Assembly: GCA_016699085.1 (NCBI GenBank)
Contig: CP064958.1
Span: 540,619-604,618, forward strand
From: Candidatus Nomurabacteria bacterium
GTDB taxonomy: Bacteria; Patescibacteriota; Minisyncoccia; Phycocordibacterales; UBA9973
Direction of reading: 5' to 3'
Length of the DNA stretch: 64,000 nucleotides
In this document: positions 1 to 8,465 of the stretch, in pieces
Layout of the letters: each line of letters begins with the position of its first letter
Position numbering within the stretch: position 1 is the first letter of the stretch
The notes under the pieces: generated by a model
What the model saw: only the letters and a program-made list of their open reading frames with translations
Database searches by the model: none
What the model was told of the DNA's origin: nothing
Position numbers and translations under genes: made by a program

Positions 1-143
1 TTCGAGTGACTGCTTCTCAATGTTTGTGACGTAGCCTTTCATATACCTATTGTAGCACAACATAGAGCTCTATAAGTCCAGTGTAGGGAGGAGAATTTTT
101 CCAACCCTACTGGTAGTGAGATAAAAAATGCTAAAATGACTAT

Positions 144-512
144 ATGAAGTCAATCCTCGCTATATGTATTCTTATCGCGTTTGCTACATTTGGTGGATTT
201 GGCATGCTGGCTATAGCGGGAATGGACGGACACCACCATGAGCCAGGCTGTCCTTTTATGCCTGGTGAGCAGGCTATCTGCGACATGAATGCCTCGGACC
301 ATGTTACCGCATGGAAAAATGCGTTTACCGTTCCACTTCCGATGCTCTTCACATACTTCTTACTCGCAGTAGCAGTTTTATTTGTTTGGAAATATTACAG
401 TCCTTCAGACCTCTTTGTTCGGCGACTTCTACCAAGTCGTAGAGATCTTGCATCAATCTCGCTCTACCAAGAATTGTTCTCAGGCGGTATTTTGAACCCT
501 AAAGCCCCTTAA
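144..512 (+). CDS. small membrane protein with His-rich (GHHHEPGCPFMPGE) loop, putative metal-binding; hypothetical
   Basis: ATG ORF with two hydrophobic segments and an HHH/CPxMP-like motif; antisense ORF 140..352 judged spurious. Confidence 0.45.
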   Translation: MKSILAICILIAFATFGGFGMLAIAGMDGHHHEPGCPFMPGEQAICDMNASDHVTAWKNAFTVPLPMLFTYFLLAVAVLFVWKYYSPSDLFVRRLLPSRRDLASISLYQELFSGGILNPKAP

Positions 513-553
513 TATTTTTAAGGATTTTATTAATATTTAATCTTTAAAACATT

Positions 554-964
554 ATGCAAAAAAATACAGCAATTATTATCGCAATCGTTACGCTTGTCGC
601 AGGTCTTGGTATCGGATATCAATTAGGCGGAAGTAGGGGGTCGTTCGAAACAGCCAATCAAAACACTCCAGGTACTCACATGATGCCAAATGGCCAAATG
701 ATGGGTAATGGGGCAAGTATGAGTATGGCAGACATGATGACCAGTATGAATGCAGAGCTAGAAGGGAAGACAGGAGATCTATTCGACCAAGCATTTCTTG
801 CTGAAATGATCGTCCATCACCAAGGTGCGGTAGAGATGGCGGAGCTTGCTCTTACCAATGCCAAGCATCAAGAGCTCAAGGATTTGGCAACCGGAATCAT
901 TTCTGCGCAGAATAAAGAAATTGCAGAAATGAAGTTGTGGCAAACTGATTGGTATAACCAGTAG
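554..964 (+). CDS. DUF305 (ferritin-like) domain protein with Met-rich N-terminal region
   Basis: Motif MIVHHQGAVEMAE typical of DUF305; N-terminal signal/TM; Met-rich stretch MMPNGQMMGNG...MSMADMMTSM resembles Cu-binding Met motifs. Confidence 0.7.
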   Translation: MQKNTAIIIAIVTLVAGLGIGYQLGGSRGSFETANQNTPGTHMMPNGQMMGNGASMSMADMMTSMNAELEGKTGDLFDQAFLAEMIVHHQGAVEMAELALTNAKHQELKDLATGIISAQNKEIAEMKLWQTDWYNQ

Positions 965-1140
965 AAGTGTAATGGGGTCTAAGCTATATCTGAACAAAGC
1001 ACCACAATATATGGTGCTTTGTTTGATGCTCCCTCTGGTGGACAAGTTCAGAACCCTCAATTGGATTCAAATTAAAAGAGATTTAGAGTTTTCTAAAATT
1101 TTTGAGGTATTCCCAATGGTAGCACTTCAGAAATCATAAT

Positions 1141-1178
1141 AAAAAAAAAGACCCGCCCAAGAGCAGGTCTTTTTAAAA
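1141..1178. terminator. bidirectional intrinsic terminator (A-run, GC hairpin agacc..ggtct, T-run)
   Basis: aaaaaaaaagacccgcccaagagcaggtctttttaaaag between convergent genes 554..964 and 1185..1457. Confidence 0.7.
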
Positions 1179-1184
1179 GTCGAT

Positions 1185-1457
1185 TTATAATTTTTCGGCA
1201 ACAACCTTACCTTTCTCGGTCAGATAATAGTACCCTTTGTTGTCTAATTCTCCGAATGAGAAACCAATGAGTTTCATATCCCAGAGGTTGCCACATGGTG
1301 TTCCTGTAAATATTTTTTCTCGTTCATCGAGAGTAATATCTACATCGCCTTTCTTTTTAGTTTCTTTAATAATTTTTTCTTCAGCACTTGAGATTTGAAT
1401 TGATAGTGTACTTTTTATTTGTTTGTGGAGGTTTTTTTCAATTATGATTGTTTTCAT
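1185..1457 (-). CDS. hypothetical protein (90 aa) driven by family-B promoter/leader
   Basis: ATG ORF; conserved leader hairpin ends about 8 nt upstream of the start. Confidence 0.5.
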   Translation of the reverse strand: MKTIIIEKNLHKQIKSTLSIQISSAEEKIIKETKKKGDVDITLDEREKIFTGTPCGNLWDMKLIGFSFGELDNKGYYYLTEKGKVVAEKL

Positions 1458-1571
1458 TTTTTACTTGATTGGTTTCCATAAACCCCAATAAAGGATCTCT
1501 GAAAACCAATCAAATACATGTGAAAGGGCAGTGCTGTTCATATAATACTTATAATATATGTATTTGTCAAA
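1458..1571 (-). promoter_or_regulatory. family-B module: sigma70-like promoter (TTGACA-N17-TATTAT, minus sense) plus conserved 5'-leader hairpin TTGATTGGTTTCC...GGAAACCAATCAA
   Basis: rc of tgtcaa at 1565-1570 and rc of ataata at 1542-1547; inverted repeat ttgattggtttcc / gaaaaccaatcaa at 1467-1513; same module at 4247-4369 and 10506-10627. Confidence 0.65.
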
Positions 1572-1575
1572 CCTT

Positions 1576-1605
1576 GCTCCGAACATGGGTTGACTAAGGA
1601 AACCG
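1576..1605 (+). repeat. family-A-like palindromic element (gctccgaac...ggaaaccg)
   Basis: Shares the CTCCGAAC core with repeats listed below. Confidence 0.5.
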
Positions 1606-1607
1606 AA

Positions 1608-2057
1608 TTAATACACAGTCGGAAACTCAGCAACTGATTCATATTGATACGATGGCGAGGTGTAGTCGGGGAGTGCCTCCTCAAAAGTTTTACGCAGTAC
1701 TAGGTAGGAGTTTTCACCTTTAGTTATCTTAAACCATTGTCCCAACCCAGCTGCATAGCACTGAATCTTGCTGGAACCCGCTACGATATCCGTATCTTCC
1801 TCTGAAGGAAGGATATCATTACAAGAACCATCGACCTCGTCAATTTCTTTTGAAAGCACCTTTCCATTGGCATTCATTGCATCCAAGAAAATTTTAGTAC
1901 CTGGTATACCATCAAGATTTAAAGCGCCTTCTTGATATCGCCATGTAAAAGATACAAGTGGAGCTTGTTTTATAGTAGTAGATTTATATCCCCCTATGCC
2001 TACATAGGTAGCTATAGCTAATATCACAATCACGAGAACTATTGCAATTCTTTTCAT
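1608..2057 (-). CDS. membrane-anchored hypothetical protein
   Basis: ORF with N-terminal TM; the track start at 2081 is TTG, so the ATG at 2057 is preferred. Confidence 0.45.
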   Translation of the reverse strand: MKRIAIVLVIVILAIATYVGIGGYKSTTIKQAPLVSFTWRYQEGALNLDGIPGTKIFLDAMNANGKVLSKEIDEVDGSCNDILPSEEDTDIVAGSSKIQCYAAGLGQWFKITKGENSYLVLRKTFEEALPDYTSPSYQYESVAEFPTVY

Positions 2058-2130
2058 AAAAAAAGTATAGCACAGGTTCAAATTCTTAGTTTTGGCAACA
2101 AAAAAACTTACAGACTAAGAGTACTTAATT

Positions 2131-2178
2131 GTCCGAACCTACTTGTTTATCCTTCAACAGGGGAGGATACTCGGAAAG
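2131..2178 (+). repeat. family-A palindromic element (gtccgaacc...ctcggaaag)
   Basis: Terminal inverted cores ccgaac / ctcgg around a variable centre, upstream of the arsR promoter. Confidence 0.55.
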
Positions 2179-2207
2179 TTTCCAAAACAAATTTAAAATA
2201 AAAGTCA

Positions 2208-2235
2208 TTGACTTTATAAAATACTTTGCTATAAT
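2208..2235 (+). promoter_or_regulatory. sigma70-like promoter TTGACT-N16-TATAAT for the ArsR-family gene
   Basis: ttgactttataaaatactttgctataat located about 25 nt upstream of ATG 2260. Confidence 0.6.
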
Positions 2236-2259
2236 AATTTCAAACAAAAACTAAGCGTT

Positions 2260-2577
2260 ATGGCAGAAAAAAACGGTTTGACCAATGTAAAATTGGTCGC
2301 ATCTATTTTACGTGCTCTCAATCATAAGTTGAGACAGAGCATGATGGAATTAATGGAGAATAAGCCGGGAATCACCGTCACAGAAATATACGCCAAGTTG
2401 CACTTGGAACAGTCTGTGGCATCACAACATCTTGCTATCCTGCGACAGGCGGGAATTGTAAAGATCGAACGAGACAAGAAAATGATTCGCTATTCTTTAA
2501 ACAAGGAGCGAATCAAAGAAATCGATTTGCTGCTTCAAAAAATTGTTGCAGGGCATAAGTCGATAACCAAAGCCTGA
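2260..2577 (+). CDS. ArsR/SmtB-family HTH transcriptional regulator
   Basis: Classic ArsR helix-turn-helix: TVTEIYAKLHLEQSVASQHLAILRQAGIV. Confidence 0.85.
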   Translation: MAEKNGLTNVKLVASILRALNHKLRQSMMELMENKPGITVTEIYAKLHLEQSVASQHLAILRQAGIVKIERDKKMIRYSLNKERIKEIDLLLQKIVAGHKSITKA

Positions 2578-2582
2578 GTCAA

Positions 2583-2612
2583 AAAAGCATCCCAAAATAC
2601 CGGGGTGCTTCT
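2583..2612 (+). terminator. intrinsic terminator after the ArsR gene
   Basis: gcatcccaaaataccggggtgc hairpin followed by ttcttctttt. Confidence 0.5.
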
Positions 2613-2620
2613 TCTTTTGT

Positions 2621-2676
2621 CAGACCTTCACCACATTCACAATGTTCACGTGCTCCGAATGTGAATGTTCGGAGAG
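2621..2676 (+). repeat. family-A element with a short palindromic core (ctccgaa tgtgaatg ttcggag)
   Basis: ccttcaccacattcacaatgttcac module followed by a perfect 7-bp inverted repeat. Confidence 0.65.
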
Positions 2677-2719
2677 TAATAATTGAAACTACTAGTTAAA
2701 CAATAACAGTAAATTACCT

Positions 2720-3169
2720 TTATTTCTCAGCTAACTGCTTTAATGTTTCTAGGGCTTTTGGCCACATACCGTTAAACATATCCTTGTACTCATCTTTCAC
2801 GTTAATGTCTATAATCAATTCAGTTCCACCATCTTTTTCCTTGAACGTGTAGTTTTCAAAATACAACTCATCAGGTCCATAGCTATTTTCCTTGCCCTGC
2901 ATGATTTCACCCGAGTATTTGATAGAAATAAATTCACCTGGTCTGGATTCTTGTATTTTTCCGATCATCCCTGAAATAGTGCCATTTTTTTCCTTGCCTA
3001 AAAACTTAATATCACTTCCTTCATCCCAACCACCTTCAACATATGATTGTGCTGTGGGGTCAGGATTAAAAACTGATGTCCATTGCTTGTATGTTTCTTC
3101 GCCTAGCATTGTGTCCCAAACTTTTTGCTGAGGAGCATTGATATCAATTGTATAGTGTAAATGTTCCAT
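2720..3169 (-). CDS. SRPBCC superfamily protein (AHSA1/Aha1-like START fold)
   Basis: About 150 aa with polyketide-cyclase/Aha1-like pattern (HYTIDINAPQQKVWD...); ArsR-SRPBCC pairs are a known association; track start 3214 is GTG and ATG 3169 is preferred. Confidence 0.65.
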   Translation of the reverse strand: MEHLHYTIDINAPQQKVWDTMLGEETYKQWTSVFNPDPTAQSYVEGGWDEGSDIKFLGKEKNGTISGMIGKIQESRPGEFISIKYSGEIMQGKENSYGPDELYFENYTFKEKDGGTELIIDINVKDEYKDMFNGMWPKALETLKQLAEK

Positions 3170-3237
3170 ATGTGTATTATTGATTATTCTAATAAAGTTA
3201 TTATAACAAAACACCTGCTTTTAACAGATGTGTCTTG

Positions 3238-3296
3238 TTGGCTCCGAACCTGCTCGCCCGACCTCTGGTGGGGAGGATAATCAGAAGAGTTTGGCA
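3238..3296 (+). repeat. family-A element (ggctccgaacc-tgctcgcccgacctctggtgggg-...)
   Basis: Same core and inner cccgacctctggyggg module as copies at 6371, 7471 and 10630. Confidence 0.65.
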
Positions 3297-3304
3297 AGGA
3301 AGTA

Positions 3305-3330
3305 AAAAAACCTGCTGGTGCAGGTTTTAA
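3305..3330 (-). terminator. intrinsic terminator for gene 3350..3805
   Basis: aaaaaaacctgctggtgcaggtttt. Confidence 0.6.
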
Positions 3331-3349
3331 GCTAATCTTTAGCTAATGG

Positions 3350-3805
3350 TTAGTGATAGAGTACTACTTGTGGATCTGCTTTCTCAATTGCGCTGAAGAT
3401 TATTGGAAGATGAGCTTTGTTCCAAAGTTTCTCTTCCAAAGAGAGTGCAATAGGGCCACTGTTCTGTATTTTGTTTAAGCAGCTCTGAAGTGTACTGATA
3501 TCTTCTATTTCATTCTCTGCATGCAATTTGTAACAGACAATGCCATGGTAAGTATGGTCACTCTTCTTTATTTCAATGATCTCACCAAGTTTTCTCTGTC
3601 TAAAATAATTAAACTCTGGAACTATTTTAGTTTTAACAAGTAATCCTGCAAAACTACTCACTCCTTTTTTTGCGTAAAATTGGCTGCTTAAATCGTTGTA
3701 TCCTGAGGGTGGGTACATATAGATACCATCTGTATTCAGGAGCACTGCAATGTCATGGCACCTAGTTGTGAGAATTGATTCGAGGGATACGTGTTTGAGT
3801 AGCAT
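3350..3805 (-). CDS. hypothetical protein (151 aa)
   Basis: ATG ORF with its own promoter; no recognisable motif. Confidence 0.45.
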   Translation of the reverse strand: MLLKHVSLESILTTRCHDIAVLLNTDGIYMYPPSGYNDLSSQFYAKKGVSSFAGLLVKTKIVPEFNYFRQRKLGEIIEIKKSDHTYHGIVCYKLHAENEIEDISTLQSCLNKIQNSGPIALSLEEKLWNKAHLPIIFSAIEKADPQVVLYH

Positions 3806-3849
3806 AGCTTTATTTATTGATTAGGAATGTGAAAAAACTATCTGGATAT

Positions 3850-3878
3850 ATACTACAATATCATTTTATTTAGTCAAC
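3850..3878 (-). promoter_or_regulatory. promoter TTGACT-N17-TAGTAT (minus sense) for gene 3350..3805
   Basis: rc of agtcaa at 3873-3878 and rc of atacta at 3850-3855. Confidence 0.55.
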
Positions 3879-3881
3879 TCA

Positions 3882-3913
3882 TGCTCCAAGCTTGGGAGGA
3901 TATTCGGAAGGGG
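3882..3913 (+). repeat. family-A element (gctccaagcttgggaggatattcggaagggg)
   Basis: Abuts the -35 box of the promoter above. Confidence 0.55.
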
Positions 3914-3967
3914 ATGGTAAAAATAAAAAGCCAACTAAATGAGTTGGCTTCTCTAATCATTTCCTTC

Positions 3968-4246
3968 TCAACAAAAAAGAAATTCCTTACACTTGTCTCT
4001 AACGGCTCTACAATGACTCATTTGTTTTAAGGTAGTGATAATTTCTAAATTTGGCTTATCTTTTTTGAGCAAAATGTTGACTGCGAAAAGAGCTTCTTCA
4101 TCTGAATATTCATTATTTTTAGCCTTAGCTATCTTATATAGTTCATCATCGGACATTTTTTTGATTTGCCTTTTCTTCTGTTCATTTTGTACTTCAGTGG
4201 CAAGATTTTTTAGCTCTTCATCAGTCATGGTTTTTGTTTCTTTCAT
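3968..4246 (-). CDS. hypothetical Lys/Glu-rich protein (92 aa), family-B leader
   Basis: Preferred start ATG at 4246 (MKETK...), because the upstream 66 nt are the conserved leader hairpin; the track ORF extends to 4312. Confidence 0.4.
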   Translation of the reverse strand: MKETKTMTDEELKNLATEVQNEQKKRQIKKMSDDELYKIAKAKNNEYSDEEALFAVNILLKKDKPNLEIITTLKQMSHCRAVRDKCKEFLFC

Positions 4247-4369
4247 TTTATTACGTATTGAATTGGTTCCCACAAAAGCCAGAAGCTTCTCTGGAAACCA
4301 ATCAAATACCATGTGAAAGGGCAGTGCTGTTCTCTACATTACTACGATATTGTTTTTTGTCAAACCTTC
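4247..4369 (-). promoter_or_regulatory. family-B promoter (TTGACA-N17-TAATGT) plus leader hairpin
   Basis: tttgtcaaa at 4355-4363; leader ttggttcc...ggaaaccaatcaa at 4263-4305. Confidence 0.55.
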
Positions 4370-4392
4370 CTTCGGACATGTCTCTTCCTGCC

Positions 4393-4505
4393 AGGTTCAC
4401 AACATACACAACGTTCACTTGACTCCGAACTTGGGACGATGCTCCCGATTTATTAAATTGTACTCAATTTGTTTAAATCGCAGTCCTGTTAAGGGTTCGG
4501 AAAGA
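4393..4505 (+). repeat. family-A long variant (ccttcacaacatacacaacgttcac + gactccgaac...gatttattaaattgtactcaatttgtttaaatcgcag...gggttcggaaag)
   Basis: Near-identical 110-nt copy at 8300-8411 and a mosaic copy at 6371-6497. Confidence 0.75.
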
Positions 4506-4544
4506 GTTTGATAGAAAATTAAAAAGACCAACACTCGGTTGGTC

Positions 4545-4868
4545 TTAAATCAGACTCGGATCATTCTTGAACAAAAAAGGTTTTCTCTTTTCAATAAATT
4601 GGATAATCAGTAAGCATAAGACTCCCATAAGTGCGTTATACCAAATACAATCTACTGAATAAGCGTTGCTTTTTATTTTGAAAAGCCAAACAAAAATTGC
4701 TGAAATAGAGGTGCCAAAGAAAAACTGACTAAGGAGCTCTAATCCCTTAACACGCTTTACTAATAGAGAGACAAGTATTGTTATGACAAATAACAATACT
4801 GTGAAATAAAACCAATGTTCATGACTGTCGTTGCGAAAATGGAAAAGTTCACAGAAGAAATTTTGCAC
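4545..4868 (-). CDS. small integral membrane protein (hypothetical)
   Basis: Two or three TM segments; GTG start. Confidence 0.4.
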   Translation of the reverse strand: MQNFFCELFHFRNDSHEHWFYFTVLLFVITILVSLLVKRVKGLELLSQFFFGTSISAIFVWLFKIKSNAYSVDCIWYNALMGVLCLLIIQFIEKRKPFLFKNDPSLI

Positions 4869-4936
4869 AGCTATTAAGTTTTATAGTGTTAAAGAACTGA
4901 TATTATAATAGCATAAAATATTACAATAGTCAACTA

Positions 4937-4963
4937 TGTTCCGAACGTGGATGTTCGGAAGGG
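4937..4963 (+). repeat. family-A short element (gttccgaacgtggatgttcggaaggg)
   Basis: Perfect inverted cores ttccgaac / gttcggaa next to the -35 box (rc TTGACT) of gene 4545..4868. Confidence 0.6.
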
Positions 4964-4986
4964 TCTATCAAGAAAAGTTAATCACT

Positions 4987-5793
4987 CTATAAAAAGTATT
5001 TATAGGTAAGGAGGATGATTCCGATAAGAGAAAGAGATACAGAAAGGACTTTTGCACTTTTATCTGGTAGCTTATTAAGTATTTTTTTTCCATAGTGTTG
5101 AGCTAATAGTAGGAAGGGGATAACGGTAACTACAAGGATAAGGTCTCTTGCATTAAGATGGTTATGAAATAGAATAATAATTCCAGTTACAAAAAACACT
5201 GAAAGTCCAAGAGTTGAGCCAATTGCTCGCACAGAGACTTCAGAAACTACTGTTCGCAAGTAATTGTTTCTAATATCTGCCCCAGGTAAACCTCCCCCTT
5301 GTAGAAAACCAGAAAATAGTGCAACCATACTAAGCTTTGCTCTGTGCACAGACTCAATTGGTGTTTGGTCTGTTGAAACGTGTCGAAGTGTCTTGTAGAT
5401 AAAATATATTGATGCAATTACAACGACTGCAGCTAAAAGTTTTGCACTCATATATGAAATAAGGGTACCACCTAAGATTGCTCCAATGATTGAGAAGGGC
5501 ATAAGAGCTTTTACAATATCCAGATTCCTCTTTTCAGTAAATGCTTCTTTTCTAAATAAATAGACTCGATGTATACCACTAAAGAAAAAAATAAATGCAC
5601 CAATCCCTATTGCTCTTTGGGGGTCTGTAAAGAACGCAGTTACAGGATTGATAATCATTGATCCAGAAGTTTGAACAACGATGTTTATAAATGTTGTAGC
5701 AATAAGCCAAATATATACAAAAAGATACTCAGAAAGAAAATCTGTTAGTATAGTCATCGGATCACTGTAACATAGTTTTCTGAGAGTGACCAT
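4987..5793 (-). CDS. TauE/SafE (DUF81) family membrane permease
   Basis: Polytopic membrane protein with the GxGGGxxxxP motif (FLQGGGLPGA). Confidence 0.6.
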   Translation of the reverse strand: MVTLRKLCYSDPMTILTDFLSEYLFVYIWLIATTFINIVVQTSGSMIINPVTAFFTDPQRAIGIGAFIFFFSGIHRVYLFRKEAFTEKRNLDIVKALMPFSIIGAILGGTLISYMSAKLLAAVVVIASIYFIYKTLRHVSTDQTPIESVHRAKLSMVALFSGFLQGGGLPGADIRNNYLRTVVSEVSVRAIGSTLGLSVFFVTGIIILFHNHLNARDLILVVTVIPFLLLAQHYGKKILNKLPDKSAKVLSVSLSLIGIILLTYKYFL

Positions 5794-5803
5794 GCAGCTC
5801 TAA

Positions 5804-5858
5804 AACCTTCACAACATACACAACGTTCACTTGCTCCGAACGTGGATGCTCGGAAGAG
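5804..5858 (+). repeat. family-A element (ccttcacaacatacacaacgttcac + gctccgaacgtggatgctcggaagag)
   Basis: Conserved module immediately upstream of ATG 5793. Confidence 0.7.
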
Positions 5859-5909
5859 TATTAGTCAAATAAAATAATAGATTTCGTATGATTATTAAAT
5901 GATTCAAAA

Positions 5910-5945
5910 ACAAAAAAGATACCTGCTCCTACAGATATCTTTTAC
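5910..5945 (-). terminator. intrinsic terminator for gene 5964..6296
   Basis: minus sense aaagatatctgtaggagcaggtatcttttttg. Confidence 0.6.
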
Positions 5946-5963
5946 ATACAAAGTCAGAAGATT

Positions 5964-6296
5964 TTAAACTCCAAGTAATTTTTTAGACTTCAAAATTCCT
6001 TCAGGGTCAAAGGGGGTGTTTAGTTGTCGAACAATCCTTGCTCTTGAAACTTCAAGCTCCACTTCCTTCTCAACTGAATGATTAAGGATTTCACTTTTTA
6101 AATCTGGCACATCGTTCTGCATTTCTATTACTGAAGTAAGTAATTCAAGAAATGTATCCTTGTCGATTGAATGATTTCCAAACTTCCCACAAATAAACCT
6201 AATCGCCCCTAATCGACTTTCGTAAAAATTAGATTGAATATTGTTGATAATTATAGCAACCAACAAGCCATTTTCCGAAATTAAAACGTTTTTCAT
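5964..6296 (-). CDS. hypothetical protein (110 aa)
   Basis: ATG ORF with promoter TTGACT-N16-TAGTAT (rc of 6330-6366). Confidence 0.4.
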   Translation of the reverse strand: MKNVLISENGLLVAIIINNIQSNFYESRLGAIRFICGKFGNHSIDKDTFLELLTSVIEMQNDVPDLKSEILNHSVEKEVELEVSRARIVRQLNTPFDPEGILKSKKLLGV

Positions 6297-6370
6297 ATAT
6301 ATGGGTTTATGTGAAAGTTTGACTTAACAATTTAAACCAATACTACGATATTATTCTATTTAGTCAATGG

Positions 6371-6497
6371 TGCTCCGAACTTGCCTGCCCGACCTCTGGC
6401 GGGGGATGATGCTCCCGATTTATTAGATTGTACTCAATTTGTTTAAATCGCAGTTGATTCAACAGGATCATACTAGGTACACGGAAGGGTTCGGAAA
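6371..6497 (+). repeat. family-A mosaic element (v2 head gctccgaacttgcctgcccgacctctggcggggg joined to v1 tail gatgctcccgatttatta...gggttcggaaaa)
   Basis: Chimeric structure shows the repeat units are modular. Confidence 0.75.
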
Positions 6498-6505
6498 ATT
6501 TTAAA

Positions 6506-7042
6506 TTAACTATTCGCTAGAAACCAAGTTATCTCTTCACTGACACTGGCAAACAAATCATCAAGTTCTTTACTTACACCTCTACACGCATTCGCAACTT
6601 TTTTTACACCTTCAAATCTTTCCAGCCTTTCCTCCTTACTCATTAGTGTATTCTTGGCATCTAATTCACCTCCAGAAATTTGATCCGCAATCTTTATCCG
6701 TCGTACCGACTCACTTTCTTTAGAAATTTTTTCTGCCTGTATTGCTTTTCTTTCACCCACAGGAAGATTTTTCCATTCAGGAGAATCAGTTAAACCATTC
6801 ACCATGGTTGCAATATGTTTACCAAATTCTCTCTCGATATCTTCTATCGTTACACCAGTATCTTCCACAGTGTCATGCAGCCAGGCTGCAGCAATCTCTT
6901 CTTCACTGCCTCCTGATAACTGTACTAGACTAGCAACTCTTTGAAGATGAAAATAATATGGTGTTTTGAATGCATCACTTTCGGTGTGATTTTTGTGAGC
7001 TTCTTTGGCAAACTGCTTTGCTTTTTCGATAAGTGTAGTCAT
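6506..7042 (-). CDS. stand-alone HD-domain (p)ppGpp hydrolase (small alarmone hydrolase, Mesh1/SpoT-hydrolase-like)
   Basis: HD motifs YYFHLQRVA...AAWLHDTVEDT...IEREFG are paralogous to the N-terminal hydrolase domain of the RelA/SpoT gene at 49063..50583. Confidence 0.7.
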   Translation of the reverse strand: MTTLIEKAKQFAKEAHKNHTESDAFKTPYYFHLQRVASLVQLSGGSEEEIAAAWLHDTVEDTGVTIEDIEREFGKHIATMVNGLTDSPEWKNLPVGERKAIQAEKISKESESVRRIKIADQISGGELDAKNTLMSKEERLERFEGVKKVANACRGVSKELDDLFASVSEEITWFLANS

Positions 7043-7059
7043 TAGTAGATTATAGAAAG

Positions 7060-7431
7060 TTAATTTCGATAGATCTCAATTCGTATTCCATCTGGGTCAT
7101 CAAGCCAGATGTATTCATTACCAAATTTGCCTAGTTTTATTTCACTGTGTTCTATATCAACTTCAGAAAGAAGTTTTTGAAATTGTTTTAGTTCATCTAT
7201 TGTTTTTACACCAAAGCCAATATGGTTCATGCCAATACTATCCTTATCGTACTCTCTATCCGAAACATCTTTTGGACTTAGCTTGAAAAACAATCTGGTC
7301 TCTCCAACCTTATACACGACCATGTGTTCATCATGAATAATCGGTTTAGGCAGGAATTTTGAGTAAAACTCTGCAGTCCTACTTATATCTCTAACTATTA
7401 AAGACATGTGATCAATAAATGCTGGTTGCAT
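7060..7431 (-). CDS. VOC (glyoxalase/bleomycin-resistance/dioxygenase) family protein
   Basis: IDHMSLIVRDI...NHIGFGV...IWLDDPDGIRIEI pattern. Confidence 0.75.
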   Translation of the reverse strand: MQPAFIDHMSLIVRDISRTAEFYSKFLPKPIIHDEHMVVYKVGETRLFFKLSPKDVSDREYDKDSIGMNHIGFGVKTIDELKQFQKLLSEVDIEHSEIKLGKFGNEYIWLDDPDGIRIEIYRN

Positions 7432-7470
7432 GGTTGGATTATAGCAGATTGAGAAAGCTTATCTCCTGCA

Positions 7471-7548
7471 AACCTTCACAACATACACAACGTTCACAGG
7501 CTGCGAACTTGCCTGCCCGTCCTCTGGCGGGGGATGATGTTCGGAAGA
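7471..7548 (+). repeat. family-A element (ccttcacaacatacacaacgttcac + gctgcgaacttgcctgcccgtcctctggcgggggatgatgttcggaagaa)
   Basis: Lies in the divergent promoter region between 7060..7431(-) and 7642..8244(+). Confidence 0.7.
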
Positions 7549-7641
7549 ATTTATTGATATAGTTATATTGACAATTTAATTTAAAAATGTTACTATTTCA
7601 CTAGTAAATAAGTTCATTAAATCACATAAACTAATAACATA

Positions 7642-8244
7642 ATGAAAAAAGCTATTCAACCTCAAGGGTTTGGTGAAGGACTAACTGTCCCGATGCCTAA
7701 AATCTGGGTATCAGATGATGACATGATTGACCAAAAGGTTGGAATTCACATGTGTGAATTCCATGAAGATTGTGATCCTGCTCCAGGATGGAAGAGAAAA
7801 GATGTAAGTATGACTGGGAATTGTAACTGTCACCTTAAAGGAACAACAGTGACAATAACTGGTCTGAAAGCAACCAGTCGTGCCACCTTTTATCGTTCCA
7901 CCTGTTACACGATTGCTGAAGATAAAAACCTTATTCATGAATCTGAATTTTCATCTGAAAAAGAAGACTCAGCAGGGGTTTCGGGCTATGTACTGGAAAA
8001 TGAAAAGGGTCAGTTACTTACTGCTGCGTATACATATACCTCAGCTATTAAACAGCCTCTGTTTGGATATGTATTCAATACTGGTCTTCTTAAGATCATG
8101 TTAAAAAACGGACTTGCAGTAGGTAATCCTATTAAGGCCTGGCCTGTAAAATGTAAAAACAATGAGGGTAGCAAAAGATCCTTAAATGGATCATCCCTCA
8201 CATGGCAGGAATTAGCAAATGTTATTTTAGTGAAAAAGAAATAA
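7642..8244 (+). CDS. hypothetical Cys/His-containing protein (200 aa)
   Basis: ATG ORF preceded by TTGACA-N17-TACTAT. Confidence 0.45.
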   Translation: MKKAIQPQGFGEGLTVPMPKIWVSDDDMIDQKVGIHMCEFHEDCDPAPGWKRKDVSMTGNCNCHLKGTTVTITGLKATSRATFYRSTCYTIAEDKNLIHESEFSSEKEDSAGVSGYVLENEKGQLLTAAYTYTSAIKQPLFGYVFNTGLLKIMLKNGLAVGNPIKAWPVKCKNNEGSKRSLNGSSLTWQELANVILVKKK

Positions 8245-8299
8245 TAAAGAAAAGATTGTTTAAGCCAAACCGAAAGGGGAGGCTTTTTCTTTTCCCCCA

Positions 8300-8411
8300 C
8301 ACCTTCACAACATACACAACGTTCACTTGACTCCGAACTTGGGACGATGCTCCCGATTTATTAAATTGTACTCAATTTGTTTAAATCGCAGTCCTGTTAA
8401 GGGTTCGGAAA
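8300..8411 (+). repeat. family-A long variant, near-identical to 4393-4505
   Basis: More than 100 nt identical; preceded by the ggctttttcttttcccc element. Confidence 0.8.
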
Positions 8412-8465
8412 TCCTTGTTTGACACGGTATTGAGTGTATAGTAGGTTTAGTAAAATTATACTGAC

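Noticed and set aside
140-352. Track ORF antisense to 144..512
   Set aside because: It fully overlaps a membrane-protein ORF on the other strand and has no features of its own.
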